A stretch of DNA of 63,341 nt, the filler included, from Octopus bimaculoides (Eukaryota), in NCBI RefSeq assembly GCF_001194135.2. It is 7 parts of 7 records of this genome, joined end to end, with 100 filler letters (N's around TTAATTAATTAA, not from the genome) between each part and the next. Parts side by side here need not be neighbours in the genome. Positions count along the whole stretch, not along the records: positions 34,652 to 47,785 come from NC_069010.1; positions 47,886 to 50,475 come from NW_026421473.1; positions 50,576 to 61,036 come from NC_068986.1; 4 more parts are not named here. One strand, written 5' to 3'. The translations under genes and the position numbers were made by a program. How positions within the stretch are numbered: the stretch's first letter is position 1; every line of letters starts with the position of its first letter. Below the pieces are notes generated by a model that saw only the letters and a program-made list of their open reading frames with translations, ran no database searches and had not been told where the DNA came from. This document shows positions 46,449 through 60,292 of this stretch, piece after piece.

Positions 46449-47488
46449 ATATATGTACAGTTGGACTTTACAAAAACAATGACAAAGACAGGTGTATAAC
46501 TAATACAACAAACAGTTGTATTAGTTTAACGCTCGGGAAGATGAGAAAGTTTTTTCGGTTTCAAGCCTACGCTCTTCAATAGAATGGATCACGAGGAAAT
46601 AAACAGAGAGAGAATAAAAAAAGCTTTCGAGGCTAGCGGTCAATCATGGTGATGGCTGGTTGGAGGTGGTCAGACAGGAGAGCTAGGAAGAAGGGGTGAT
46701 AATAAAGTAGTGGTGATGCCAAAATGAAGGTGCGCGTTCGTGTGCATGTGGATTGGGGCTGGTGATTTTGACGAGTGGGTGTGTGCATGTATAGGTGTGT
46801 GGATGATGATGTTGGAGCTGGGCAGTGGTCAGTGCTGATATGTATACTAGCAGAGATACAAAGCGTTCTTCGGTATTAAAATGGTTTAGTTTTTTTATTA
46901 TTCTTTCGGTCATATGACTGCGGCCATGCTACAGCATCGCTTTTAGTAGTGGAAATCTCACCCAAGATTTATTCAATGTAAGCCTAGTATTATTCTATCA
47001 GTGTGCTTTGCCAAACGCCTAAGTTACGGTGGTGGGGTAACAAACACAGACACACACATATATATACACACACATATATACATACAGACATATATATATG
47101 TCTGTATTAAATATATCAAATATACATTTGATTTTCGATATTTAATACTCAATATTCCATATATTCAATAAGACATTCAACACTTCATTTCATTTTTCAT
47201 TTTACCATTTAATTTTATAAGAATATAAATAAAACATACAAAAACAGAGTTGGAACTCTTTTAAATAATATATTTCTCTATACACAATCAGACAAAATCC
47301 TTTTTTTGTATATTTATTTTTATTCACATATATGTATATATACAAATATGTATATACGCCTATATCTTAAAAAATGTGTATATATATATACATATAAATG
47401 CACATGTATATATATGTATATGTATTCATATATACACATAATACACATGTATATACATGTATATATATACACATATATATATACATAT

Positions 47489-47705
47489 ACTCTTTTACTG
47501 TTTTACTTGTTTCATTCATTTGACTGTAGCCATGCTGGAACACCGCCTTTAGTCAAGCAAATCGACCCCAGGACCTATTCTTTGTAGGCCTAGTACTTAT
47601 TTTATCGGTCTCTTTTGCCGAATAATAATGGGACCAAAAAGTTACGGGGACGTAAACATACCAGCATAGGTTGTCAAGCGATGTCGGGAGGAACAAACAG
47701 ACACA
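47489..47705 (-). mobile_element. SINE family A, 3' half
   Basis: Reverse complement of the family A tail. Confidence 0.8.
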
Positions 47706-47734
47706 CAAACACGCGCACACACACACACACACAG

Positions 47735-47765
<31 letters not shown>

Positions 47766-48530
47766 CATACATACATATATATATANNNNNNNNNNNNNNN
47801 NNNNNNNNNNNNNNNNNNNNNNNNNNNNNTTAATTAATTAANNNNNNNNNNNNNNNNNNNNNNNNNNNNNNNNNNNNNNNNNNNNACACACACATATCAA
47901 TATATATACACACACATACATCAATATACACACACACACACATCAATACATATATACACACACACACACACACATCAGCATGTGTATATACATATATTCA
48001 TGAACACAGATATATACAAATATATACGCAAACATACATTATACAGACACATAATCTGTAGTGTACACATACTTTAACATTCAAGCACATCTGTACTGTG
48101 TGTGTGTGTGTGTATACAGATATATATATGTACACGTTCGTAATATGTCACACTGTGTATGTGTAATTATATACCCGAATAATGTGTGTGCGTGTGCATG
48201 TCTATGCAACTAAGCCGAAACTTCGCAGTCACTGTCAACATTTTCCTTGAAAAATAAAATAAATCTAAGACTACTGAAATATATTGAATATTCCAACAAA
48301 TGTTGACTTTGTGTGTGTGTGTGTGTGTGTGAGTGTGTGAGTGTGTACGTTGATATATGTTGATATGCTACGAGTGTCTATTATATATACATTCGGAGCA
48401 TATATATATATATATNNNNNNNNNNTATATATATATATATAAACTCACTCAAATAGTATATTTGTTGTATAGACAGACGTACACACAGAGACGGACAGAT
48501 ATATATACATATAGACAAATACACATATAA

Positions 48531-48561
<31 letters not shown>

Positions 48562-48959
48562 TATGTATAGACATATATGTATAAATACACACATACATAA
48601 ACAATTATATATACATATAAATTTACACATACATAAACNNNNNNNNNNATACATAAACAATTATATATACATATAAATTTACACATACATAAACAATTGT
48701 ACATAGACGCACACAAGTACACTCACACACATATATACACAATATATCTACATCTATATATAAACAAATATATAGACACATATTAACATACATACCAACG
48801 GGAACCTTCAGAAATCAGGTACTACAAGGAGGAGGAGCAATACACACAAACATGTATATACACACACACACACATACTAGAGTATATAGTCATACACACA
48901 ATACAGTGTACACTCATACACAACACGTAGCTGAGAAAACACACACACAAATACAAGCA

Positions 48960-50200
48960 TAAACACATTTATGCAGAGATAGCGCAAACACACATAACTA
49001 CATGCATGAGGAGAAAACGCACACACAGACACAGNNNNNNNNNNAAACACACATAACTACATGCATGAGGAGAAAACGCACACACAGACACAGCATATCT
49101 AGACACACTCAGCTTATACAAACACACACACGCATACAGACACAGCATATCTAGACATACGTTTGCATATTGACACACAAACGCACACACAGACACAGTA
49201 TATGCAGACACATTTACGCACAAACCAGTCATTGCACACCTACATATTGACATATATACGCGCACAGACAGCATACCTACAACAGATACGCACAAACGTA
49301 ACATATGCAAATACACGCCTACATATTAACATGCTCACGCACACACAGACACAGCATATCTACAAACATATTCACAAACGCACACACAGACACAGCCTAT
49401 CAACAAACACTTACACCTACATATTGAGAATATGTACACACTAACATATCTACAGACATATTCACAGACGCACACACAGACAATCAACACGCATAGACGC
49501 ACATAGACACAGCATATTTGCACACACAGACACAGCGTATACAAACANNNNNNNNNNNNNNNNNNNNNNNNGCACATAGACACAGCATATTTGCACACAC
49601 AGACACAGCGTATACAAACATATTTACATATCGACATACAAACGCGCACACAGACACAGCATATCTACAAACGCACACACAGACACAGCGCATATGCAAA
49701 CACCCACATTTACATATCGACAAACAACGCACACAGACGCACATACAGACACAGCGCTGCNNNNNNNNNNACATATCGACAAACAACGCACACAGACGCA
49801 CATACAGACACAGCGCTGCATATACAAACACCCACATTTACATATCGACAAACAAACGCACACAGATACAGCATATCCACAGACGCACACACAGACACAG
49901 CGCATATACAAACACCCACATTTTTACATATCGACATACAAACGCGCACACAGACACAGCATATCCATAAACGCACNNNNNNNNNNATATCGACATACAA
50001 ACGCGCACACAGACACAGCATATCCATAAACGCACACACAGACATAGCATGTACAAATACACACACAGGCATTTGCATATCGACAAACACACACAGGTCT
50101 ACATATCAGCATACAAACGTACACACAGACACAGCATAGCCGCAGACGCACACACAGACACAGCATATCCACAGCTACACGACACACATACATATATATA
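48960..50200. repeat. Degenerate CA-rich minisatellite built on cacacagacacagcatat
   Basis: The GACACAGC motif recurs many times; small gaps are flanked by duplicated sequence. Confidence 0.8.
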
Positions 50201-50596
50201 CATACACATACATACATGCACACAGACAGTTACATGTGTCAAATACAAATTCTCTCCTCCTCACCCATCCCCACACACACATGCACACAGTTTGCATGGA
50301 ACCTCGCGCGCGCGCGCACTCGTTTCTTTCCGTCTACATTCCAATATTTCATCGGCTGGCTTAAACACAGACATGTACATAGACACACATGCATATACAG
50401 ACATGTATATACACACATACATACGCAGACGTGTACATATATTTACACAGACATGTACACATACATTGACATATANNNNNNNNNNNNNNNNNNNNNNNNN
50501 NNNNNNNNNNNNNNNNNNNTTAATTAATTAANNNNNNNNNNNNNNNNNNNNNNNNNNNNNNNNNNNNNNNNNNNNATATATATATATATATACATA

Positions 50597-50832
50597 CAGG
50601 GTGTTCAGAAAGTCTCTGCGCAGTAAGTATTTAATGGTTTTCGGGCGATTCTTGTACACTGATCCTTTACTTGCTTCCCGGCGCAAAAAAAGTCTGGCGG
50701 TGTTAAATCAGATGATCTTGGTGGCCAAAGTCTTTTCGAAATAATCCGTTCACCGAAAAACTCTTGAAGTAACGCCATGGTGATGAGCAGAATTAAAAAG
50801 ATTCACTGCGGAGAGACCTTTTGAACACCGTG
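50597..50832 (-). mobile_element. Tc1/mariner-superfamily internally deleted element (236 bp)
   Basis: TIR cagggtgttcagaaagtctctgcgcagt / actgcggagagaccttttgaacaccgtg with TA TSDs; minus-strand remnant LQEFFGERIISKRLWPPRSSDLTPPDFF. Confidence 0.88.
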
Positions 50833-51374
50833 TATAATATATATATATATATATATGTGTGTGTATATATGATATATATAATATATGTATATATGAATAT
50901 ATATATATATATAATACATAATTGTGTGATTTATATTTATGTATGTGTGTGTGAGTATGTGTGCATGTGTGTGTATATATATATATTTATGTACGCGGGC
51001 GCGCACACACACACACAGACACACACAGACACACACACACACACACACACTGATATATGTATGCACGCATACTTTCGTAGGGACATATATAGACAAACAG
51101 GCACACATCTACAAGCCTGCACCTAAGAAATCTCTGTTAAATCGTTTTCATTTATAGCACCAATTAATACTTACGAAGCCGCCGCAACCACCATTCCCGA
51201 ACATCAACACCTGTGCCAAGTAACCCCACCTCCCCTACATTATCACCACCGCCGTCACTACCACCAATGCTACGACTGCCACAACCCGTAGCACTGTCGC
51301 TGCCGCCACCCTCTCCTCACAAAAAGCAGACTCCTTAGTAAAATATTTTTAATGAGTTTGCTTCGTAATAATGC

Positions 51375-51590
51375 TTTCTATTATAGGTACAAGGCCTAAA
51401 ATTTTCGCGGAGGGGGCCAGTCGATTAGATTGACCTCAGTACGCAACTGGTACTTAATTTATCGATCCCGAAATGATAAAAGGCAAAGTCGCCCCCGGCG
51501 GAAATTGAACTCAGAACGTAAGACAGACGAAATACCACTAAGCATTTCGCCCGGCGTGATAAGGATCCTGCCAGCTCGCCGCCTGAGCCT
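51375..51590 (-). mobile_element. SINE family B
   Basis: Reverse complement of the 19639 family. Confidence 0.8.
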
Positions 51591-52301
51591 GGTTTGTAAT
51601 AATATCTTATTAATGTAAAAATTTTATGTAAAACATTTTAGAGAAAAATATTCAAATAAAAATTTATTCATACAACATTAATTTTAAAACTAAAATGGAT
51701 TTTCAGCCTATTAGTGCACATTATGAAGATTTTCGAGGTTAATAACGTTTATTGTTGAGAACAAATCGCGATTCCTGACATTAGCTGAAGTTTAGGTATC
51801 GAAAATGCTTCAAGCTTCTTGATTTGGAGTGAATGTATCGATTTTGCAGAAAGAAAGGCAAAGTCTGCCTTGACTGGATGGGAATTCAGAACGTAAAGGG
51901 ACTTAACTCAATATATTCACCCTTTTTTTTTTCTCGTTGCTTTACCGATAGGCACAGTAATTCTGAGCAGAGGGGATTAATCGAGCTGATCGACCTCGAT
52001 GTTTGTGCTTAATTTTATCGGCCCCCGAAAGGTCGAAAGGCAAAATTGACTTCAGCTAATAATAATAATAGTAATGACAACAACAACAACAACAACAATA
52101 ATAATATAATAATAGCAATAATAATAAAAATAATAATAAGGGCTCCAATAAGGTGGAGCACTTGCAGAAAACAGCACTGTTAGGAACTGCTCGAATACTC
52201 CGGATGGTGCTCGAAAAATAAGGGATGTTACCTTACTTCACTGTTAGTGAACACCTGACACCGTAGCGTTAGCTGTGCAAAGACAATAAGTAATAATAAT
52301 G

Positions 52302-52355
<54 letters not shown>

Positions 52356-52366
52356 GTAATAATAAC

Positions 52367-52398
<32 letters not shown>

Positions 52399-52409
52399 TA
52401 ATAATGATT

Positions 52410-52760
52410 TCGAATTCTGGTATGAAGCCAGCGTTTTCGTGGGAGAGAATAAGTCAATTACATCGATCCTAGTGTTCGACTGGTACTTATTTTATTGACC
52501 TCGAAAGGATGAAAGGCAAAGTCGACCGCGGCGGAATTTGAACTCAGGACGATAGGCACAAAGGCTTGAAATTTCGGGGAAGGGGACAGGCGATTACATC
52601 GACCCCAGTGCTCGACTGGTACTTGTTTCATCGACCCCACCAAAAAAAGGACGAACGGCAAAGTCGATCACGGAGGAATTTGAACTCAGAGCGTCAAGGC
52701 CGAAGAAATGCCGTTGGGCATTGTGTCCGATGCGCAAACGATTTTGCCAGCAGCTCAAAC
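52410..52760 (-). mobile_element. Two adjacent SINE family B copies after an (AAT)n tract
   Basis: Two aggcaaagtcga..cgg.ggaatttgaactcag blocks. Confidence 0.75.
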
Positions 52761-53599
52761 ATCACGGTAAGGCTGGATCGCTTCAGTGTACAGCGGCAAC
52801 TACTTAGTGGTTAGAGTAATTAACCACCTATGGGAATAGTTTCGAATCACCGCTTTGTCTGTCGAGTGTCTTGTCTCATTTTTTTCTCGATCTACTGCTT
52901 TGAAAACTAACGGCGCTGTAGGACATCCGGTTCAACTGTGATGCAACAGAGCTGTGTGGGCATATGCAGAAGACGTCACCGTAAAGGTTCAGTTGAAAGA
53001 CCGTTCTGAAATGTCCCTGTTGTTCTTTTTGTACAACGAAGTCTTCCTACATTATGAAGTTATCCCGATCTTAGTGTCCTTTAGGTATGTGACCCTGTTT
53101 GTCAGAATAGTCTTTGTTGTGTTTGTGTGAGATTTTCGGATCACCTCTTCAGTGTTTATTTTGTTGTTGTTCATGGTTTATTTGATCAAATCTTTCTGGT
53201 TCTTTCAAACGGCATTGAAGACGATGGTGGGAAATGAGTTTTGTGTGTCTGGTTGTTAGAACAACAATAATAATAACAATTTTTCCATGTAGGCATGAGG
53301 GACCCTCACGGCTGCCAACATCCACTAGAAAATAAACTGGTTCTTCACCCATTTTTGCGCCAGTCTTCAACTAATTCCTGGCACTTAGCTCTCTTCCTGT
53401 TTTGCGCTTTCCCCGTTCTCTCCTCTGAGAGCACTGATAACTCCAGTGAGTGATAAACATGGGTTGGATGCATGGTCAGTCATGAATATCAATTGGAGGG
53501 GGCAGTGGAGGAAGTATGAGTGGGTCAGGGAGGTAATAGGTGGTAGCACAGATGATGTGAAGTGTGTGGGAGTAAAGTATGAGAGAGATGTACAGTGTT

Positions 53600-54293
53600 G
53601 GTATAAGAAAGAAAGATCAAGTTATGTTATTCTGTTTGTCTATGTTTTACGATGTTTCGTAATGGAAATGGTGTTTTTATGTTAGCTTCGCCCTAAACAC
53701 ATGTCTATACAATATTGGAAATGGATACAAAACATTGTTTATCTTGTGTTGGCTAGCGCATATAGGCATCGTATAATCAAGCTTTAAGCTTACTTTCTCT
53801 TGTTTATATTTCTTTGCCGTCGAACGAGCGATAAACCTGCGATCCATCCAATTTCGTAAGCCGCGGCCGGGTCCCCTCGCCTTCATGAGTTAATCAATGT
53901 AACAGCTACTATAAACCCGACAGCCACTTCACTACAAAGGGCTACAGTACCGTCATATCACGTAGGATTGTATTATGACTTAATGATACGTGTGGTCGAG
54001 AATTGCAGTACCAGACAGTGGATCTCATAGCTTCTGGTCTTAACTGATTGTAAGTGTTATCATGTACGCTGTTTTGTCTTGGTATAGGATTAACTGTCTT
54101 TGTCCACGATTCCGATGGAATGTGGGTCATTATAAGCATTGTTATTACTGTCGTTTTAAAGTTCTATATTAGCCCTAATCGAGAAGACATGATCAAGAGC
54201 ACTCTGGTTGAGACCAACCCGCCTATTTTTAGACGCAATGTATCTAGGACGACATTTTCAACGTATCCTTCCTTTTTAAAAACTGTGACATGA
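53600..54293 (+). pseudogene. Possible decayed intronless class A GPCR
   Basis: LFILCWLAHIGIV*SSFKLTFSCLYFFAVERAI (TM3 with D/ERY-like motif), two further hydrophobic helices, STLVETNPPIF (NPxxY-like); multiple stops. Confidence 0.3.
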
Positions 54294-55392
54294 AAAATAA
54301 TCGGCTACTGTTTTCAGATAAAGACAACCTCGTTGGTACAAAGCTGGTACTGATTGGCTGTGGAAGAAAAAGGGAAAAGTTGGTGAGACTTAACAAGGCC
54401 CGGCAAGGCCCAGCAAGGCCCAGCAAGACTCAGTATGACCAGAAAAATCATAAAAGTACATCAACACCAAATAAGCTTAAGCAAAGTAAAAAAGAAAAAA
54501 AGGTTCACTTAAATAAAGGAAAATCAACCCAAGACTATCAGGAACCAACAAGACCCATCAGGACCCAATCAATCAAACAAGGCTCAGTAAGGCCAAGCAA
54601 GACTCAACAAGGACCAGCAGGACCAAGAAAGGTAAAACCAGCAAAGAGCCAGGCAAAGAGAATAGAAACCAAAACAAATATCAACCGAAAGATCCGAACA
54701 CCTGAATAATATCACATTTTATTAAAAAAAAAACATTTATTTATTTATTTTTTTCATTTGATTAATATATTTAGTTATAAGGTATTTCCGTTCCCTCTTG
54801 TCTAAGCATTTCCTCCCCTCAGTAGGAAAATGTTATCAGGTAACAAATTTATAGATAAATAAATATGTAGGTGAAATGTGTAAAAAAAAAAAAAATAAAA
54901 TAAAGAAAAAAAAATAAAGAAAAAAAAGAGGAAACCAAAACAAGCGCACAAATAAAAAGCAAAAGCAAAACCAAGNNNNNNNNNNNNNNNNNNNNNNNNN
55001 NNNNNNNNNNNNNNNNNNNNNNNNNNNNNNNNNNNNNNNNNNNNNNNNNNNNNNNNNNNNNNNNNNNNNNNNNNNNNNNNNNNNNNNNNNNNNNNNNNNN
55101 NNNNNNNNNNNNNNNNNNNNNNNNNNNNNNNNNNNNNNNNNNNNNNNNNNNNNNNNNNNNNNNNNNNNNNNNNNNNNNNNNNNNNNNNNNNNNNNNNNNN
55201 NNNNNNNNNNNNNNNNNNNNNNNNNNNNNNNNNNNNNNNNNNNNNNNNNNNNNNNNNNNNNNNNNNNNNNNNNNNNNNNNNNNNNNNNNNNNNNNNNNNN
55301 NNNNNNNNNNNNNNNNNNNNNNNNNNNNNNNNNNNNNNNNNNNNNNNNNNNNNNNNNNNNNNNNNNNNNNNNNNNNNNNNNNNNNNNNNNNN

Positions 55393-55429
<37 letters not shown>

Positions 55430-57058
55430 ATTAAATATGTATGTATGTATGTATCTATCTATCTGTCTATCAGTCTATCAGTCTGTCTGTCTCATTTTGT
55501 CAGTCTTTCTCTCTGTCTGTCTATCTACTTATGTATGTTTGTGTACACACACACGTGTGTTTATGTATGTGAGTATATATATATATATATATGTGTGTGT
55601 GCGTGTGTGTGTGTGTGTGTGTGCGTGCGCGTGTATCCTTAGGCATATGCACATATGCACACATACACCAAAGCATGCATATTTACATACACAGATATCT
55701 AATTACATATCCATATGCACATGTATGCATTTGCGCATGTGTGCGTATCAGTTGGCCACGAATCAACCACCTTACCCACTCCACCTCCTCCCATTAAAAG
55801 CTAAATAATTATTCTCTTTAATGATTTATTAACTTATGTTGTTTTAAAAGAAGAATTCTCTCGTTGTTTAAGACGTTTCGTTCTACTCACCTGGCTGAAT
55901 TAAGACCACCCTTCACGTTGACATAAAATGCAACGGTTTGAGGTCGTTAAGAGCAACAGTACTTCAGAGTGAAATAAATTTAACGATGGCCCATCCTTCT
56001 GTAATTACTTTCGTTTGAAGCACGTAAAGTTGATAAATTAATGATATGTAGAAATATCTGGGCTGGACGAGGATCTTACACAACAAGTAGGAAGTTTTAG
56101 GAAACATGATTAGTTTACTTCTGAGTAAACAACTGACTAATTAAAAGGAATGGAAATGAAATTAAAATCTTTATCCAGATGTTGTTGTTTTTGAGCTCTA
56201 TATCAAAGCTGATCGAGCATGCCTATTTTATAGAGACGTTCCATTCGTGATCATCCACCATTTTGTCTTTCTTTAGGCGGGGAAATCTTGGGTTAAATTA
56301 CCTAGTATTATACGCTATTTGAAGATGACATGTTAATTTAGGGGTATTTGGTTGCTATTTCTACCAGGTTGCGCGATCACATAAAGGCTTTCCTGATGGT
56401 GGTGATGTTTTATTGTTGAAATCAATGCGATCTGGTGAATAAGTTATTCGTTAGCTTCTATGTAGATCGTGGGTTCGGATCTACCGTAGGTGCTTTGTTG
56501 ACTTTCTATATTATGCTACAGTCCTTGCGATCTTCGTGGGCCCTCCTCTCACACTGTCAAGATCAATGTAATCGATGGAGAGGGAATTCGAGAGGGTTGA
56601 AACTTTGAGAGGAATGATTGGATAATATATTTAGTTCGAGACCTGAGAGATGGGGTGCAGTAGAGCTGATAAGAGGAAGAAAGACAGATGTGTCGTGTGG
56701 GTTAAGGGTGGGAGTAAATTATGTATCGAGCTAAAGTTGTTAGTTCTATGACTAAAATCAAGGGAAAATGTTACTTGCAACAGACTGGGCTTACTCCAAA
56801 ATGTAACTGTAGAGACACAGCCACTGCCCACTTAACCCAGCATGCATGTTTAACTCAGTGGTTTACGAAACTGAGCTCTCCTCAGTTCCACACAATAACG
56901 AAACTCAAAATGAAAAAAGGTCTATGCAAAAGTTACTCTAAAAAAGATATGCAAACCACTAGGCTTCTTCCGAAACACAGATATAGCACTGAGCCTTATA
57001 GCAGAAGTCACTATAAGCCAATAAATACTTTTACATAATTCCTGTTCCTCTGTCTATT

Positions 57059-57113
<55 letters not shown>

Positions 57114-57625
57114 ATTTCGTATGCACATTTGTGCGTGTTTACATAATATAAAAATATTAATGAAAATACCTTCGCCTATACGACGATACACAGGTACGGA
57201 TATGCATATAAGCACGAACACACACATACACACACATTTATAATAATAACCATATACATATTCAAATGATCTCTTTATTACATTAATAAAAGATGCAATA
57301 CAGTTGTGCATGGGATTTGCAGAGATTTTGCACATATTTATTCAGGATTAATCCTCAGCGATCGGGACATGTTTTGAAGATAACAGACGTAATGTCACTG
57401 CAAAGAGACAGATTCTTTTACACAGACAGATAGTTCTTTAGATTGTAAGTGTAAACTAGAAAGGGGCTTACTTGGTACATTTGTTATACCCAGACAAATC
57501 CCAGAGAAGAGTCGATACATATACGTGTATTATTTACTTTGTACTACAAACAGAAAGTAACCCTGGTTTGGTATTGGCTTAGAATATGCACGCCCAATGT
57601 ATAATAGGTCTATCTATCTATCTAC

Positions 57626-57709
<84 letters not shown>

Positions 57710-57711
<2 letters not shown>

Positions 57712-57829
57712 TTGTAAGCCTAGTACTTATTCTATCGGTCTCTTTTGCCGAACCGCTAGCTTACGGGGACGTAAACACACCAACATCGGTTGTCCAGCGA
57801 TGTTGGAGGAGACAAACACAAACACACAA

Positions 57830-57830
<1 letters not shown>
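57710..57830 (-). mobile_element. SINE family A fragment
   Basis: gcctagtacttattctatcggtctcttttgccgaaccgct. Confidence 0.8.
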
Positions 57831-57890
<60 letters not shown>

Positions 57891-58896
57891 NNNNNNNNNN
57901 NNNNNNNNNNNNNNNNNNNNNNNNNNNNNNNNNNNNNNNNNNNNNNNNNNNNNNNNNNNNNNNNNNNNNNNNNNNNNNNNNNNNNNNNNNNNNNNNNNNN
58001 NNNNNNNNNNNNNNNNNNNNNNNNNNNNNNNNNNNNNNNNNNNNNNNNNNNNNNNNNNNNNNNNNNNNNNNNNNNNNNNNNNNNNNNNNNNNNNNNNNNN
58101 NNNNNNNNNNNNNNNNNNNNNNNNNNNNNNNNNNNNNNNNNNNNNNNNNNNNNNNNNNNNNNNNNNNNNNNNNNNNNNNNNNNNNNNNNNNNNNNNNNNN
58201 NNNNNNNNNNNNNNNNNNNNNNNNNNNNNNNNNNNNNNNNNNNNNNNNNNNNNNNNNNNNNNNNNNNNNNNNNNNNNNNNNNNNNNNNNNNNNNNNNNNN
58301 NNNNNNNNNNNNNNNNNNNNNNNNNNNNNNNNNNNNNNNNNNNNNNNNNNNNNNNNNNNNNNNNNNNNNNNNNNNNNNNNNNNNNNNNNNNNNNNNNNNN
58401 NNNNNNNNNNNNNNNNNNNNNNNNNNNNNNNNNNNNNNNNNNNNNNNNNNNNNNNNNNNNNTAATTATTATTTGATTGAACGCCACGCATCCATTTCCAA
58501 GCAGGTTTGTCTTAACCTGTTTGATGCGACTCTACACTATACTGTTTTCTCCCCCATCCTTCTCTAATTCCCTTTTTCTCCCTTCACCGTCTCACCCCCT
58601 CTTTCGTGTTTTCTATCACTCATTGCTGACACGTAACCATCATCCGTCTTTCTTTTCCTCACGTGACCATCTTTCTTTTCCTTCAGGACGTCCTAAGGAC
58701 GACTAGACGTCGTCTACCTCTCTCTTCTATCTTTTCTCTTTTCAAAGAAAATATTTCTCCAGCGTTCGCTATTTCACCCTCGTTCAGGTCCAGCGACTCT
58801 TCGGTTTCCTTGTATGACTCCCTGTCCTATTTTTGTTCCCAATTTCTATGTCAATTTGCTGAGAAATAGACTTTGAATAACGCATTTAAAAAAAAT

Positions 58897-59052
58897 TCTG
58901 TTTGCTTCTTTCAGTTTTCGCCTACCAGATCTACTTACAAAGCTTTGGCCAGCCCGAGGCTATAATAGGAGACACTTGCCCAAGGTGCCACGCAATGGGA
59001 TTGAACCCGGACCCATGTGGTTGGGAAGCAAGTTTCTAAACCACACAGCCAC
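58897..59052 (-). mobile_element. SINE family A, 5' half
   Basis: Reverse complement of the tRNA head plus ccttgggcaagtgtc core. Confidence 0.8.
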
Positions 59053-59238
59053 TTTTACGTCTTGATTCCACGCAAAAAATCCCTTTTTTGTTTTTCTAAA
59101 TGAAAATTTTCACAAAATTTGCCAAAAAATTAAGTACTAGGGTAGATTCATTCGACTAAAGTTTTTCGAGTAAAATTCATCGAGGCAGTGCCCCAGCATG
59201 GCAGCAGTCAAATGATTGAAGCAAGAAGAACGTTAAAA

Positions 59239-59877
59239 GGTACCGTTTAAGGCTGAGGGGGTGGGGGCATTAGCTCCCTTGTTCGAGGTATAAGGACGCA
59301 GTTGTACGTCGGTAGCCAACTGGAAAAGATGTTTTTCTGGGGCTAAAAAAAGGTAGTAACATCATCCTGATCATTGGGAAATAAATTTTACTCTGTATTA
59401 CTGTTACTACTTATTTCTCGATCAGAGATTTAAAACTAAATGTTTTCCTCTTTATGAGATCAGTAACTGTGTGTCACTTTAAAGTATATACCTCGAACAA
59501 GGCCTAATGCTGCCATTTGGAACCAACGGTTATCCTGTGCTGATGAAGAGAAATAACCCAGAAACCATGGTCCGCAGGTACCGTTTAAGGCTGAGTGGAG
59601 ACATTAGCTTCTTTGTTCAAGGTATAAAGACGCAGTTGTGCGTCGATAGCTAGCTGGAAAAGAGTTTTTCCTGGGGCTAAAAAAGGTAGTAACATCATCC
59701 TGATCATTGGGAAATAAATTTTACTCTGTATTACTGTTACTACTTATTTCTCGATCAGAGATTTAAAACTAAATGTTTTCCTCTTTATGAGATCAGTAAC
59801 TGTGTGTCACTTTAAAGTATATACCTCGAACAAGGCCTAATGCTGCCATTTGGAACCAACGGTTATCCTGTGCTGAT
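59239..59877 (+). repeat. Tandem ~333-338-bp monomers delimited by a hammerhead (candidate non-LTR retrozyme)
   Basis: Monomer starts ggtaccgtttaagg at 59239 and 59577; the second runs into a gap exactly within its hammerhead core (59873-59877). Confidence 0.85.
59534..59578 (+). ncRNA. Minimal type I hammerhead ribozyme
   Basis: cctgtg-CTGATGA-agagaaataaccca-GAAA-ccatgGTC-cgcagg; 6-bp stem I with one G-U pair, palindromic stem III accatggt, weak stem II; predicted cleavage after C59572. Confidence 0.82.
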
Positions 59878-60292
59878 NNNNNNNNNNNNNNNNNNNNNNN
59901 NNNNNNNNNNNNNNNNNNNNNNNNNNNNNNNNNNNNNNNNNNNNNNNNNNNNNNNNNNNNNNNNNNNNNNNNNNNNNNNNNNNNNNNNNNNNNNNNNNNN
60001 NNNNNNNNNNNNNNNNNNNNNNNNNNNNNNNNNNNNNNNNNNNNNNNNNNNNNNNNNNNNNNNNNNNNNNNNNNNNNNNNNNNNNNNNNNNNNNNNNNNN
60101 NNNNNNNNNNNNNNNNNNNNNNNNNNNNNNNNNNNNNNNNNNNNNNNNNNNNNNNNNNNNNNNNNNNNNNNNNNNNNNNNNNNNNNNNNNNNNNNNNNNN
60201 NNNNNNNNNNNNNNNNNNNNNNNNNNNNNNNNNNNNNNNNNNNNNNNNNNNNNNNNNNNNNNNNNNNNNNNNNNNNTATATATGAGAGGAAA

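Noticed and set aside
46550-46595. Minus-strand hammerhead-like ttgaaga…gaaac; similar motifs at ~2560 and ~13000
   Set aside because: Catalytic core and stems I/III are too broken to support a call.
48985-50030. Exact short duplications either side of 10-N gaps
   Set aside because: Typical overlapping-contig assembly artefacts.
52920-53260. AYAEDVTV resembling the L1/Tx1 YADD motif, plus hydrophobic runs
   Set aside because: No flanking RT motifs were recognisable.
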